Below, in pieces: positions 38,586-51,974 of a stretch of DNA of 64,000 nt; position 1 is the stretch's first letter, and every line of letters starts with the position of its first letter. A program made the translations under genes and the position numbers. Origin of the DNA: Octopus sinensis. Its lineage: Eukaryota. The stretch spans positions 125,116,001 through 125,180,000 of the forward strand of contig NC_042998.1 in NCBI RefSeq assembly GCF_006345805.1, read 5' to 3'. The notes beneath the pieces were generated by a model. The model did no database searches and had not been told where the DNA came from. It saw only the letters and a list, made by a program, of their open reading frames with translations.

Positions 38586-39180
38586 CTAAGTTCAGAGAGC
38601 TCTTACCTCTGCTGGTGACAAAAGGCCTCTCGCTCAGAGTAAAAGGTAGACTGTACGACGCATGTATACGAACAGCAATGCTACATGGCAGTGAAACATG
38701 GGCCGTGACTGCTGAGGATATGCGTAAGCTCGCAAGGAATGAAGTCAGCATGTTCCGATGGATGTGTAATGTCAGTGTGCATACTCGACAGAGTGTTAGT
38801 GCCCTGAGAGAAAGGTTGGACCTAAGAAGCATCAGATGCGATGTGCAAGAGAGACGACTGCGCTGGTATGGTCATGTGTTGTGAATGGATGAGGACAGCT
38901 GTGTGAAAAAGTGCCACACTCTAGCAGTTCAGGGAACCTGTGGAAGAGGTAGACCCAGGAAGACCTGGGATGAGGTGTTGATGCATGACCTTCAAACATT
39001 GGGCCTCACCGAGGCAATGACTAGTGACCGGGACCTCTGGAAATATGCTGTGTTGCAGAAGACTCGGCAAGCGCAAGTGTGACCATAACCTTGTGGTCTA
39101 TGCTAGGGGTGTAACCAGTCCACTTATGCATGCCTTTTCTTCATTGGACACTAAACTCTGCTTGCGAAGAACAGCTGTAT
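38582..39180 (+). mobile_element. 5'-truncated RTE-clade LINE 3' end, starting at a (TA)n tract
   Basis: KGRLYDACIRTAMLHGSETWAV...RRLRWYGHVL*M...GRGRPRKTW...DRDLWK. One in-frame stop, ORF end at 39082. Confidence 0.9.
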
Positions 39181-39184
39181 ACTC

Positions 39185-39320
39185 TTTACTCTTTACCCTT
39201 TTAGTTGTTTCAGTTATTTCTATCGGTCTCTTTTGCCAAACCGCTAAGTTACAGGGACGTAAATACACCAGCATCGGTTGTCAAGCGATGTTGGGGGGAC
39301 AAATACAGACACACAAACAT

Positions 39321-39366
<46 letters not shown>

Positions 39367-39512
39367 GACGGGCTTCTTTCAGTTTCCGTCTACCAAATCC
39401 ACTCGCAAGGCTATGGTCGGCCTGAGGCTATAGTAGAAGACACTTGCCCAAGGTGCCATGCAGTGGGACTGAACAATGTGGTTCGTAAGCAAGCTACTTA
39501 CCACACAGCCAC
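39185..39512 (-). mobile_element. SINE family A with internal deletion
   Basis: Matches 775-1157 (GCCAAACCGCTAAGTTACAGGGACG...GACACTTGCCCAAGGTGCC...CTTACCACACAGCCAC). Confidence 0.85.
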
Positions 39513-39562
39513 CCCTACGATATATATATATATATGTATGTATATATGTATGTGTGTATATA

Positions 39563-39629
<67 letters not shown>

Positions 39630-39764
39630 GTGTGTGTGCGTGCGTGAGTGTATGTTAATTTAAGGTTATTATTTTAAAGCAAGTTTATGGATATTAACTG
39701 GTGGGAGACATAATACTGAAAGTACAATGTAATTTACAAAATTTTCTCTTTCTCTCTCTCTCTC

Positions 39765-39816
<52 letters not shown>

Positions 39817-40318
39817 TGTATGCATGTATGTATATATGAAGTATATGATTTTTATAATGAAAAACACAAATTTATCTACACCAGAAGTAAACAATTTGTT
39901 TTATCGCACTGAAGACAGAAATAGTGGGATCGATTTTACTACTTTGTCCCTAGAGAGACAAGTATTTTGTTTCTACTTAAAGTGTTTTTTAAACTAGGAC
40001 TCAGTTCAATAGATCGATATAATTTGCATAACATTGCGTGCACTGACAAGATGGATAATTTACTTCTTTCACGTAGGGCATAATATATAGTTTTTGATAA
40101 AGTGAAATACATGGTATATTTATTATAAAGCGTTACTTTGCATTTGCACTCAATTTTAGCTATGAGAAGTAAAGAAGACGGTTATACCTTAACTCATCCA
40201 ACTGTATTCAGGCCAAATTCGTATTAATCTGATGAACCTCTAGTTTTCCCAGGATATCATAAATCAGTGAAATTGTACATGTGTATGTCTGTGTGTGTGT
40301 ATCTTTAATAATATTGAT

Positions 40319-40670
40319 AACAAGAGAACTCAGAGAGGGCAAACCTCCGCCAAAGCAACACCAACGTCCTCTCAACAATTAGGAAAAGATGATTTTTAAA
40401 ATGAGAATATCTGAAAGAAGCTCGACTGCTCTCAGAAACGAGAATATTGAAAATGAACTCGACCGCTCTCAAAAATTAAGTAAATAAACAGGAAAAATAA
40501 TCCAGAATCGTTGTCCGGTACCGAATCGATTCTAAAATCAATTCAGTTCGTGTCAGCTACGAGACCAAACATCCCGGAAAGTTTCATCTGAAATTCATCC
40601 AGCGGTTCTTGAGATATCTTGTCTACGTCCAAACAAGCAAACACGACTGAAACAATAACTCCGCCTTCAC
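40319..40670 (+). mobile_element. Probable Helentron-associated non-autonomous element (HINE-like), 3'-truncated
   Basis: Subterminal ACCTCCGCC (40343) and 3' ACTCCGCC (40658), with GAAAGTTTCATC..TTGAGATATC..ACAAGCAAAC between. The final hairpin arm is replaced by (TAA)n. Confidence 0.45.
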
Positions 40671-40694
40671 TTATTATTAATAATAATAATAATA

Positions 40695-40750
<56 letters not shown>

Positions 40751-40932
40751 CATTTCTATTATAGGCACAAGGCATGAAATTTGGGGGAGGAGGATAGTCG
40801 ATTACATTGACCCCAGTACTCAACTGGTACTTAATTTATCGACCGCGAAAGGATGAAAGGTAAAGTCGATTTCAGCGAAATCGCGCTAACCATTTCGTCC
40901 AGCACGCTAACGATTCTGCCAGCTCGCTGCCT
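40751..40932 (-). mobile_element. SINE family B (tail variant 2), flanked by (TAA)n on both sides
   Basis: Reverse complement: GGCAGCGAGCTGGCAGAATCGTTAGC..CTTTCATCCTTTCGCGGTCGATAAATTAAGTACCAG..GCCTTGTGCCTATAATAGAAATG(ATT)n. Confidence 0.85.
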
Positions 40933-40949
40933 TATTAGTAATAATAATG

Positions 40950-41007
<58 letters not shown>

Positions 41008-41009
<2 letters not shown>

Positions 41010-41751
41010 CCGATTCTGCAACGACATGATTGAAACAGTGGACCACCTAATCTCTGGATGTAAAGTCTTAGCACCAGTGGAGTATAAATTAAGACATGAC
41101 AGAGTTGGCCAACATCTCCACTGGCTAATAAGTCGGCATTACAATATCAAAACTGCCGACAAGTGGTATAATCACCACCCTGAGGCTGTAACTGAAGGAG
41201 AAAATGTAACCATTCTGTGGACTTTCCAGTACATACAGACCGAACCATCAAGGCCAATAAACCAGATATTGTTGTGAAAGACCAAAACAATAAAGTTTGC
41301 TTATTGATCGACATGAGCATCCCCTGTGATCATAATATCTCAGCGAAAGAGTTTGACAAGCTCAGAAAATATAAAGACCTACTCATTGAAATTGAGAAAA
41401 TGTGGCATCTCAAGGCGGTTACAATACCAGTGATCGTAGGAGCACTAGGAATGATCAAGAAGGGAACCGAAAATTATATGAGAATGATCCCTGGCTTACC
41501 ATCCCTGCAAGAAGTGCAAAAGATTGTCTTAACTGGTACATCACACGTATTGAGAAGAGCATTGTCGATGTGAGAACTGTTGCTGCTCATGTATTTTAAT
41601 TTAACTTAAAAAAAAAAAAATTTTTTAAATGAACGAACTACTGAGTTTGGTTTAATGGCCTACCAATGTATACTATGAGTTTCTTTGCCCTAGGAGTCGG
41701 GAAGACACTCGGCAAGAAATGGAAGCAAATTTGAAAGAAGAAAAAAAAAAG
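41008..41751 (+). mobile_element. 5'-truncated R4/Dong-clade non-LTR retrotransposon (CCHC + restriction-like endonuclease) in (TAA)n
   Basis: CRFCNDMIETVDHLISGC..RHDRV..W/DFPVHTDRTIKANKPDIVV..LIDMSIP..KLRKYKDL..IPVIVGALG. Stop at 41573, 1-bp frameshift at ~41220, (TAA)n at both junctions. Confidence 0.9.
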
Positions 41752-41770
41752 TAATAATAATAATAATAAT

Positions 41771-42570
41771 GCCCTGATGCAGTACTAGGCAGTGACTCTC
41801 ATGGCTTCTCCTCTTAACTGATTGGAAGTGTTATTATGAGCAGTTTTGTCTTGGTATAAAAGATGGGATACAGCAAATATTCTGCTCAATACCACAGATT
41901 TGCTTGTCAGTTGTTTGATTTTAAGGCGGCGAGCTGGCAGAATCGTTAGCACGCCGGGCGAAATGCTTAGCGGTATGTCGTCTGCCGCTACGTTCTGAGT
42001 TCAAATTCCGCCGAGGTCGACTTTGCCTTTCATCCTTTCGGGGTCGACTAAATAAGTACCAGTCAGGCACTGGGGTCGATATAATCGACTTAATCCGTTT
42101 GTCCGTCCTTGTTTGTCCTCTCTGTGTTTAGCCCCTTGTGGGTAGTAAAGAAATAAGTTGTTTGATCTTAACCAGCTGAGCATGTCCGTTAGCGGCTGAC
42201 GATAAGTGCATCTGTGATAACGAGCAGGAGTAGTGGAGGAGCATCATAGCCATGTGTTGAGAGGAATTCTTTGGCGTTTGAGTAATTCTCCTTTGAAACA
42301 TGGGTGTTTTGTTCATCATCCTTAAACAAACCTTATTCAGGAACCCTTTCAGCAGGATGGGCTACTCAGCCTGAAGAAAATTCTAACTGGACCCCATCTG
42401 CAAGGCCATGTGCTGATTATCTTTATATAAGATCACCATGTCGCGCATATACAGTTGTAAAGCATGTCCCTTGTGTACCCTTACCATACAAGTAGTCATG
42501 ATGGCCATACTAGGCTTCGTATATTTGTACCCTAGTGTCACTTTGATGGCATGCATTGCTCTCTCGCTCA
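41771..42570. mobile_element. Non-coding interspersed element family D, flanked by (AAT)n and interrupted by SINE B
   Basis: Homologous in inverted orientation to 54172-54722. Ends GCCCTGATGCAGTAC... and ...CTCTCTC(A/G)CTCA. Confidence 0.85.
41925..42155 (+). mobile_element. Full-length SINE family B (tail variant 1) with 16-bp TSD
   Basis: Head GGCGGCGAGCTGGCAGAATCGTTAG..GAGTTCAAATTCC, core TTTGCCTTTCATCCTTTCGGGGTCGA (Meta/MESC-like). TSD AGTTGTTTGAT(T/C)TTAA at 41909-41924 and 42156-42171. Confidence 0.9.
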
Positions 42571-42597
42571 ATAACAATAATGACAATAATAATAATA

Positions 42598-42968
42598 TCG
42601 TGGCACTCCGTCGGTTACGACGACGAGAGTTCCAGTTGATCCGATCAACGGAACAGTCTCCTCATGAAATTAACGTTCAAGTGGCTGAGCACTCCACAGA
42701 CATGTGTACCCTTAACATTGTTCTCAGGGAGATTCAGCGTAACAGTATGACAAGGCTGGCCCTTTGAAATACAGGTACAACAGAAAGAGTGAGAGAAAGT
42801 TGTGGTGAAAGAATACAGCAGGGTTCTCCAACCGCTCCCTGCCGGAGCCTGGTGGAGATTTAGATGTTTTCGTTCAATAAACATTTACAACGCCCGATCT
42901 GGAAATCGAAACCGCGATCCAATGACCGCGAGTCTGCTGCCCTAACCGTTGGGTCATTGCACCTCCAC
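42598..42968 (-). mobile_element. tRNA(Arg)-like-headed SINE sharing the family C 3' half
   Basis: Reverse complement: GTGGAGGTGCAATGACCCAACGGTTAGGGCAGCAGACTCGCGGTC..GGTTTCGATTTCC, tail GATCGGATCAACTGGAAC..CGTAACCGACGGAGTGCC. Confidence 0.82.
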
Positions 42969-44028
42969 AATAATAATATAGACATTTCAGGGATGGAGAA
43001 CTCCATATTACTTGACCGATACTTTCTTTTTATCGGCTTCAAAAGGATGTTAAGCAAGCTGACTCTGACGGAATTTGAACTTAGGACTGAGAACAAAAGA
43101 AATGCCACTATGCAGCTAAATGTTCTTCAGTTGCACCTTACTAACTTACATAAAGCAATAACACATTAAATATGTTGTAGATATCCTGTTTTTGAAAATA
43201 AAGCAATGTAGTGTAGCAAGTCAAGCGACCGCCAATAGGCGTCCTTTGATTTGTCATTTAAACATATTAGTAATAATACCAGTACGACTAAACACCTCGT
43301 CTGCATTTTCCCAGAGGAGGAATCGAACTCAGCACTGCATGCGAAGGAAACACTCGTCAATTTTATATTAATGATGATGTTTACTGTTGTAAACTATCTT
43401 GATATCTGATACCTATTTACACAGATGGTCTGTGATTGTGACAGTTAAGCTTGTTAACCACTTACACAGTACAACACTGATCTATAGATCGACAGTTCAC
43501 AAAGTTGTCCGGCACCCTATCGATCATCCATTTATAACTCTGCATTTATATACAATAATGATTGGATTCGATCAAAACGCATCGACTTAGTTTAAATTAG
43601 ATTGGATTCACAATGTCCACATTAGGAATTCAAACTTTGGTCATGGAATTGATTTGACAGATAATTATTGAGTTACAATAATTTTCTTTCTTTCACCTGA
43701 AAACGAGGTTAAGGCTAAGGCTGGAATAATAATCAGACGATGCTGTTGTCTTTTCTCCTTTTTTTTGTGCTTATGTCATTCGCCTCGAAAACATGAAGAG
43801 TAGAGATAGAACATTTCTTGAATGCAAATTTGCATGTAAAAGAACAAACCGTAGTATCATTTTCCCCAAAATGCCTCCCAATCCTCATCTAAAGCGTTAC
43901 ACCTAAGTTTGCATTATATATATAAATGAGTAACAAAGATGTACAGGTGTCAATTCATTACGGCCGTTTCAAGCGACTTCCAATTAAGTACCTAATTCAA
44001 CTGAATATTAATTTTATATATATATATA

Positions 44029-44934
44029 CGAGGGGGTACACAAAAGTAACCGGAAACGTTCTCTGTGGGACAAGCCCGGTGTAGTTCAGGCTTCTGCCGC
44101 TAGAAGCTACTTGATGCGACCCTCGGGCATCAGTCTGCTGACCGACGTCGACGGCTAAAATCGTACTGCCACGTGGTGCATCTGTTTTGCAGTGCTTCTC
44201 CCCTGTTCGTCGATTTTTGCGATGGCTGAAACGAAGGAACAACAGGCTTCTGTGAAATTCTGTTTTCTTCTATGGAAAACCCCGGCCAAAACCGTTGTCA
44301 TGCTTCAAACAGCTTACAAGACCGCTACCATGAGCAAAACAGAAGTTTACAAGTGGTTTTCACGCTTTAGGAATGGTCACTTATCGCTTGAGGACCAACC
44401 TTGTTCAGAGCCACCGTCGACGTGCCGAACAAATGAAAACATCATAAAAATTCATGAACTGACCATGCAGGACCGTCATTGAACAATTGACAAACTTGTT
44501 GATATGACTGGCGTGTCCTGGAGCTCCCGCCAACGATTTTGAGTGAGGAATTGTGAATGGAATAAGTTGCAGCAAAATTTGTGCCTCGTTTGCTCACAGA
44601 AGACCGAAAGCAGTCGCGACTGAATGCATATTGTGAACTGAAAGAACTGTTGGAAGCTCTTCCGGACCTTTTTTTGAAGGTCAACACTGGTGACAAAAGC
44701 TGGTGCTTTGGAATTTGCAGATGTGGAAGAAATGAAGAAAAAAAAAACGATGGAAGCATTAAAAGGTATCACTTCGCAAGAGTTCCAGGACTGCTTCGAA
44801 CAGTGGAAAACCCGTCTAGACCGATGAATTGCTTCAAATGGAGAATAATTTGAAGGCGATAAAAGAGTAAACATGTAAAACTAAGTGAATAAAATAATAT
44901 TGCAAAATTCTGGTTTCTTTTGGGTACCTCCTCA
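44029..44934 (+). mobile_element. Internally deleted mariner element (irritans-like), ~28-bp TIRs, TA TSD
   Basis: TIR CGAGGGGGTACACAAAAGTAACCGG versus the reverse complement TGAGGAGGTACCCAAAAGAAACCAG. Transposase from ATG 44221: EQQASVKFCF..WFSRFRNG..FVPRLLT..TGDKSW, then a jump to the C-terminal EQWKTRLDR. Most of the catalytic domain is deleted. Confidence 0.92.
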
Positions 44935-45739
44935 TATATTCTTCAAGTAGCTGCAAGCAAGATGCTATACCGGAAATCTCAGTCTTCCATTACCTTTGAT
45001 AGACATTCAATGTTTTGTGCCTCTTCCAAAATCATCAATGTAGTTAAGAAATCTTTGACTTCTTTATAGATTACGAAAGTCGCTAAAATATGACATCTGC
45101 TCTGGATTTTTGATCAACACGAATACTGTATATATATATAAGTATAATGATCATGGAGTATGACGAATGGAAAAGTATAAAGTTCAAGTGCAATTTATGG
45201 CGTTCTAAAATTCAAATTACAAGCTCTTCTAGCCCTCTAATCTACGGATGCGGTGTGTGTGTGTGTGTGTGTGTAACCGATTATCACACATGTATTTTTA
45301 TAAGCTAGTAACGATAGTTTAGTGGAAGAGAGAGAGAGGGCTGGGGTAGAGAGATTCATGTCGTTCTCAAGAATGATTGTAGGGAGCGAAAAACTGTGGT
45401 GTTATTTCGATATGCTGGATGCTTGCCTAATTTAAAATCATAAGTAGAAGTAAATATTTCAAAGTCATACATTAGTCAGTATTTTGCAAGTATTTCATTA
45501 AAATATTTATAAACTTAATACAGCATCTTATGCGTCTGCTTTAAGCGAATACAATACTTTGTCTTTAACATATTGAAAGCGAAATAATGAAGCTGACTCC
45601 GTATTTCATAGCGATCGGGAATATTGATTTAATGAAATCAAGTATCACAATGCATTTATTCCTATTCTCTAACACTACTCACCTATCATAAATTATTACA
45701 ATTACGTTATCTGGATAAAGTTACCTGCTGAAAATCTGC

Positions 45740-45830
45740 GTTTTCAGGGCTAGAAAATTCTTCGGTACTGATCCGCTACTGACCCTCTACAAGGCACAAG
45801 TAAAATCTACGCTGTTCCAACAGTGAATGG
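45740..45830 (+). pseudogene. Short CR1/Jockey thumb fragment
   Basis: FGTDPLLTLYKAQVKSTL. Confidence 0.45.
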
Positions 45831-45853
45831 ACAGCGCACGCACGCACACACAC

Positions 45854-45887
<34 letters not shown>

Positions 45888-46210
45888 ACACACACACATC
45901 TTAGTCCATATTTGTTTTTTCTTTCCTTATCATCCCTACGCTAAATTCTCCTTCTACTGACCTCGTTTTCATTACTATGTCCAGTACTGACGATGGCCCA
46001 GCATATAAACCCTGTGAAACCCGCTTCCCAACCGCTTTTCTGTTTTTTTCTGTTTTTTAAGTTGTCAGATTGAAGACCTTAAAATGAACGGAGTTCTGCG
46101 TTCAACAAATAACACAGCACCTTTCGGAAAGTTTCTTTGATCTTAGTCTCGGGCTGACGAATGCCTTGTAAGTGGATTTTTGTAGAAGCACACACTGTTC
46201 AGAAGTCCAC

Positions 46211-46370
<160 letters not shown>

Positions 46371-47977
46371 GTGTTCAACACCACTAAAGAGTTTATTGAT
46401 TTAGTTGAGCCACCGGTCTGTTAATCTAGAGTTGGCTGCTTATGTTGTCTGCTCCTAAGTAAGGGATAGTGTTTTCTTATATGGGGAACCAACAGCCCGT
46501 AAAGGAAACTCCGGAATGAAAAGCCACTGGACTGACATAAACAAACTCTATAGGTGTTCGATTTTCTGTACCACTGTAAAATGGTGTATCGATTTGTGTC
46601 ACTTTATGTCTAATGGTAACTTAGCCATTCGATACAGGTGGATAAAAAGAAACCAGATTGAAGTATAGTCAATGTAATAAGTTCTGTAGTCGATGTTCGA
46701 GTGAAACATTAGAATGTGATACCCCAGCCTGACTGCAATCCAATGAGTTAAACCAGTGAAAGAATAGAAACTTTAAAGAATTTCATCCATCGTGGAGGCT
46801 ATCGCATATGGTTAAGAACGTACGTCATAACTTTCTATTTTTATTCTCTTCAACTAGCGTAAGAAACAATATCATAAGTTATAAGATATTTTGAATTTTT
46901 CAAGATATTTTGAAACTCTATATAACTATCTTTTAGACTTTTCTGTTATTTCGGTTTTTTGCTGTTGTTTTTTTTTACTTCATGTTTTTTGTCCTTTCTT
47001 TCCATTTTTATCAACGTTGTTACTTTTGATTAATATAAAAGAAATATAGGAAAGAAACGCAGGAAAAACAACAACAAGAAAAATGAAGACAGAACAAGAT
47101 AACAGCATTACGGTTTCTATTTACCTAAAGAGTGTTCTATTTGAATTGTGTCCGTCTACATGATATTGGTTTGGTTGTCTCAGAATCGATCGAAAGTCAC
47201 TCAGTACGGTCTGATCTGCACAAACATAATCACTTGGAGATTTTTTTCAATAGGAAAATATGTTCACTCTCTTCCTTTCTATTTTCCTTCTATGTTTTCT
47301 CATAACTTATCCATCCATTCATATAACTATTATATTTATATCGTTGCATATAACATTGATATGTATATATTGTTTTATATTCAATATATTATGTTTGTGT
47401 ATGAATGAATTTACTTTGAAAAAGTTGCTGTTTACAGGAACAAAATACAGTACTCAATGCATATGTAGAGTGAAATATATATATATGGTATTATAATCCC
47501 TTTCGGATACAACATGATTACTTCAAATTTTATATTTGGTTAAAAACTAAATATCCATGAGACAGAAAAAGTAAACGTACTTAAAGAGATTTTAGTATTA
47601 TATATACTGGGTCAAAATGGGAAACATACAACTTGTAAACACTTGTAGACGTGAGTTATTTCTTTTTGATAGTTGGGAATCGGAGTTGAGAAAGAAGAAA
47701 TAACTGTAAACAAAGAGATTAACAATGATATAATTTTTTTTTTAAATATCAGACACAAAAAACTTAGACACGATAAAACAACCAAACTGTTTACTTGCAC
47801 TGAGTTATTTCCCTTGCAATATCTTTGGTTCAGGATTCAAATACAAGAAGTTGCTTTCATTCATATGTCCTGAATTTCTTTGAGGAAACGATATTATTTT
47901 TTGCCTGAAATACTATTAAGTTAGTCTTTAATTAAATATGAAATTTGTAGTAGTGATCTTTTACATACACTAAGACT

Positions 47978-48290
47978 GTGGCTGTGTGGTAAGGAGCTTG
48001 CTTCCCAACCCCATGGTTCTGGGTCCAGCCCCACAGCGTGGTCTTCTACAAAAGATTCGGGCCGATAAAGGCTTCGTGAGTGGATTTGGTAGGCGGAAAC
48101 TGAAAGAAGCTTGTCGCATGTGTCTTTGTGTCAGTGTTTGTCCTCCACCACCGCTTGAGCACCGGTGTTGGACGTTTTAACAAATCCGTAAGTTAGCGGT
48201 TCAGCAAAAATGACCGAAAGAAGTAATATTAGTCCTGCGATCGATTTGTTCGACCCAAACCCTTCAAAGCGGTTCCCCAGCATGCCAGGG
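47978..48290 (+). mobile_element. SINE family A (diverged, near full length)
   Basis: GTGGCTGTGTGGTAAGGAGCTTGCTTCCCAA..GGAAACTGAAAGAAGC..TTAGCGGTTCAGCAAAA..CCCCAGCATG. Confidence 0.8.
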
Positions 48291-48725
48291 ACTAGTATCC
48301 TATCTAAGCACAAACTGTTGTTTGCTAAACGCTAAAGAAAGTTCAGTTGTGTTAAGCTATAGTGTATAAAGACGATTTTGTTTTAGTTGTTCAACTACAA
48401 GCCGGTAGAGGATAGCATTCTGTATAGAACAATGCAGACGCCCATATTAATTGTAACAATCAATATATTGATATCTTTTGACAAGTCAAGAGACTAATTT
48501 TTGTACTAATGGATATAGTCGATTAAATCAACTCCATAGCATTTAGTTTGTGTGACATTTTGTCTGACACTTTACTGTTTCTACTAATTTTACTGCCCCT
48601 GCTACTATGTGAGGCGTTGTTTATAAAGAATGTTTTGTTTTTACAAATTCAATTAACATGACGTTAGTGGTATACAGCTGCAAACAATTCTTTGCAGCCA
48701 GACCTTTGTTTCCAACCTATATTTA

Positions 48726-48800
<75 letters not shown>

Positions 48801-49432
48801 TATGTATGTATTTAGGTATGTATGTATGTATATAAAGTCGGGAAGTATGAGATGTGAATATATAAGGATTACGGCCGTTCCGTGGCCTTCATGTAATTGT
48901 AATTTCAGTGTATTATAAATTATCTTTACATGTCTGCACTGGTATGCTTGTTACTCTTTATACAATACAATTGTATATTCACAACATACTCAAAACATCA
49001 CTGGTGTAACCATGATGTTTTGGTGATCTGATAAGCTAGCTGTCTTTATCTGCATTGATTTGTGAGTACACAATTATATTGTATAATGCATATAAGTGCA
49101 AGCATGTAAATATAATTTATTATGCACTGAAATTATTATTACATGAAAAAGGATGCGAAACCGTCGTAATCTTCAGGATAGCAAGTGGTTAAATATATAT
49201 ATTCATTTTCAAACCTCGTAACTTTTAATGGTTTTTATTATTTTCATAAAATAATTTCATCGATTGGATCTCTTGGGTTTCGGATGCATAAAACTCTGGA
49301 TTATACTCCTCTGCATTAGATTACTAATGTAGACTATTAGTCGAATTCGCTAGAGAAGCTTTCTTTGATATCCACACGATTCTATGAATCCATATTACAC
49401 AACACACACGCACAGATATGTATGTGTGTATA

Positions 49433-49504
<72 letters not shown>

Positions 49505-49506
<2 letters not shown>

Positions 49507-50628
49507 CATGCAGGGCTTAAACAATTACATAGTCTCCTTAATTTCCGATGCACCTCTTCCAGCGGTTCTCAAGCTTGTTTATTCCATCGGAGAAAAAGGT
49601 TTTTCGGTTTGTCGTGCAGCCATTTATGCACCGTTTCCTGCACTTCTTCGTCGGTAGTAAATTGATGACTCGTTAAAGATGTTTGAGCAATCCAAAGAGG
49701 TGATAGTTGGAAGGGGCGAAATCTGAACTATATGCAGAGTGTTCCAACAACTCGAAACCAAATTCTTCAATGATTTCAAAGGTGTGGGTAGCCGTAGGTC
49801 CAACAATAATACTTAACAATAGACCTCAGCGTTTGGTGCGAATTGCTGGTTTCAGTGCGTTGGCCAACAATTCACTGTAAACTACACCCCTTTTCTTTGT
49901 AATGTTCCAATATAGGCCCTTTTGCATACAAAAAAACAGTTAACATCACATTTTCTGCACGAGGTTGAGTCTTGAATGTCTTTTTGGCTCACGATTCCGG
50001 ATATTTCCACTTCTTGTCTTTTGGATTCTGGCTCAAAGTCAGGTCTCACTTCATCACTGTAGCGGCCAAATAAACATTTACAGATCTCCACACGACTGTA
50101 CTTCAATAAGCTATCTTGGCACCCACCTCGCTTAGACTTTACGGAAGCGAAGCTTGTGAATGATTTCGTATGCAGAACCATAATTATTCTGCAGATAACA
50201 TATCATCTCATTGGTTGTAACTCGTTGATTCACCAGAACCAACTCTCGAGCTTGTCGAATCTTTACGTCAGAATTGGAAGTTGATGGGTGTCCTGTTCCT
50301 TCTTCGTGCTGCACGCTTATCCGGCTATATTGAAACTTCTCGATTCACTCATACACACCTCTACTCGGTAGAACACTACCGTGCTGTACTGAAAGTCTGC
50401 AGTGAATTTCATCCCCTTGACATATCTCCTAACCAGAGAAATTGAAACACTGATCTCTTTTTTTCCTTGGTACACACAAGAAACAAAACTGAAGCGATCA
50501 TGGTGAAACTTCGGTTACGCAACCATTTTTTAGCACATGGGCGCGGAAGACAGTACAGCCAACCTAAACAAAGTATTGGCGAAAGTGCGAATAATTTTTG
50601 ATTGCCATGTATGTGTGTGAGCGTGATT
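49505..50628 (-). mobile_element. Decayed mariner transposon (transposase pseudogene ~50501 to 49518)
   Basis: Minus-strand frames: RSVFQFLW..GHPSTS..RVTT..RFRKV/ARWVPR..HSAYSSDFAPSNYHLFG..GINKLENRWKRCI..GDYV, with many stops and frameshifts. Confidence 0.88.
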
Positions 50629-50634
50629 AAAGAC

Positions 50635-50674
<40 letters not shown>

Positions 50675-50710
50675 CACACATACTCACGCATGCACACACA
50701 CACACACATA

Positions 50711-50964
50711 CACTGGCACATAAAAGTGTACGACAAATATTTCGATCTCTTGAGTCAGCAAAATGGATTTTTTTTTCGGTTATATATCAAGAGAATTTTT
50801 TCAAAGGTTCTTAGAAACAAATACAGTTATATTTCATATCCAATGTCACTTTGTCCCTAATTCTGTTTATTTTAACTGAAAAAAAAAATAAACAATAGAT
50901 TTCCGTATCCATTTTGCTGACTCAAGAGATCTAAATATTTGTCGTACATTTTTATGTAGTAGTG
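50711..50964. mobile_element. MITE with ~58-bp TIRs and CACT termini (Tc1-like or CACTA-like)
   Basis: CACTGGCACATAAAAGTGTACGACAAATATTTCGATCTCTTGAGTCAGCAAAATGGAT versus its reverse complement at 50907-50964. Confidence 0.85.
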
Positions 50965-51189
50965 TGCGTGTGCGTGTGTGTGTGTGTGTAATAATTGTTG
51001 CCGTTTTGTCTTGTGATACTATCTGTCATTTCTAATCTACATATCTTTCGCAAGAGAAATTCCCTTTGAATACTACTGATACGCTGAAGTTTGCAATACT
51101 TTTGCTACAATGTACCGAAGGGAGAGTTGTATCCTTCTTTGTATTTTTCAGTATCCTTTACGTTTCACTTGTTCTCTGTGCTCAAATTT

Positions 51190-51272
<83 letters not shown>

Positions 51273-51974
51273 GTATACGCGCGCGTGTTTGTGTAATGAC
51301 AGCACAGCTTTCAGTCGTGAAAAGAACTTTATAGCTAGAACACAAAAACTCAGCAGAGGTACTAATATCAGTCAATGAAAATATGTATGGATGGATAGAA
51401 TTATGGATACATGCATGGTTGGATAAAAGGATGTAGATAGTCAATCAATAAGTTAGTTATGTATGTACACATGTATGTATGTATGCATTATGTATGTATG
51501 TATGTATGTATGTATACATGTATGTATACATGTATGTATACACGTATGTATACATGTATGTATACATGTATGTATGTATGTATGTATGTATGTATGTATG
51601 TATGTATGTATAACGTACACATATAACTGTGTCAAAAGCGAGAATGATTTGGCAACATGTATCATGCTTTCGCTGATTTCTTCAGGTGCCTATGTAGTTA
51701 TTGGCAAATGTAGGCATAATATCAGCCCTCTCATCTACTCATGGAATGTGACAGCTGAAGAAGGAGAGGGTCACACATGCATTGCGTTAGTACTCATTTT
51801 CAGCTACGTAGACTTGAGAAACTTAAAATAAAGCACCTTACCCAAATCTTGAAGCGAAGCCACCACTTTCTGACCGTAAGCCCAAGAGCTTCACCACTAC
51901 AACTTTTCTCCCCAATCTCATGATTCCGGATTCAGTCCCTCTATGTACGGCCTTCATGGCCAATTTCATGAATT

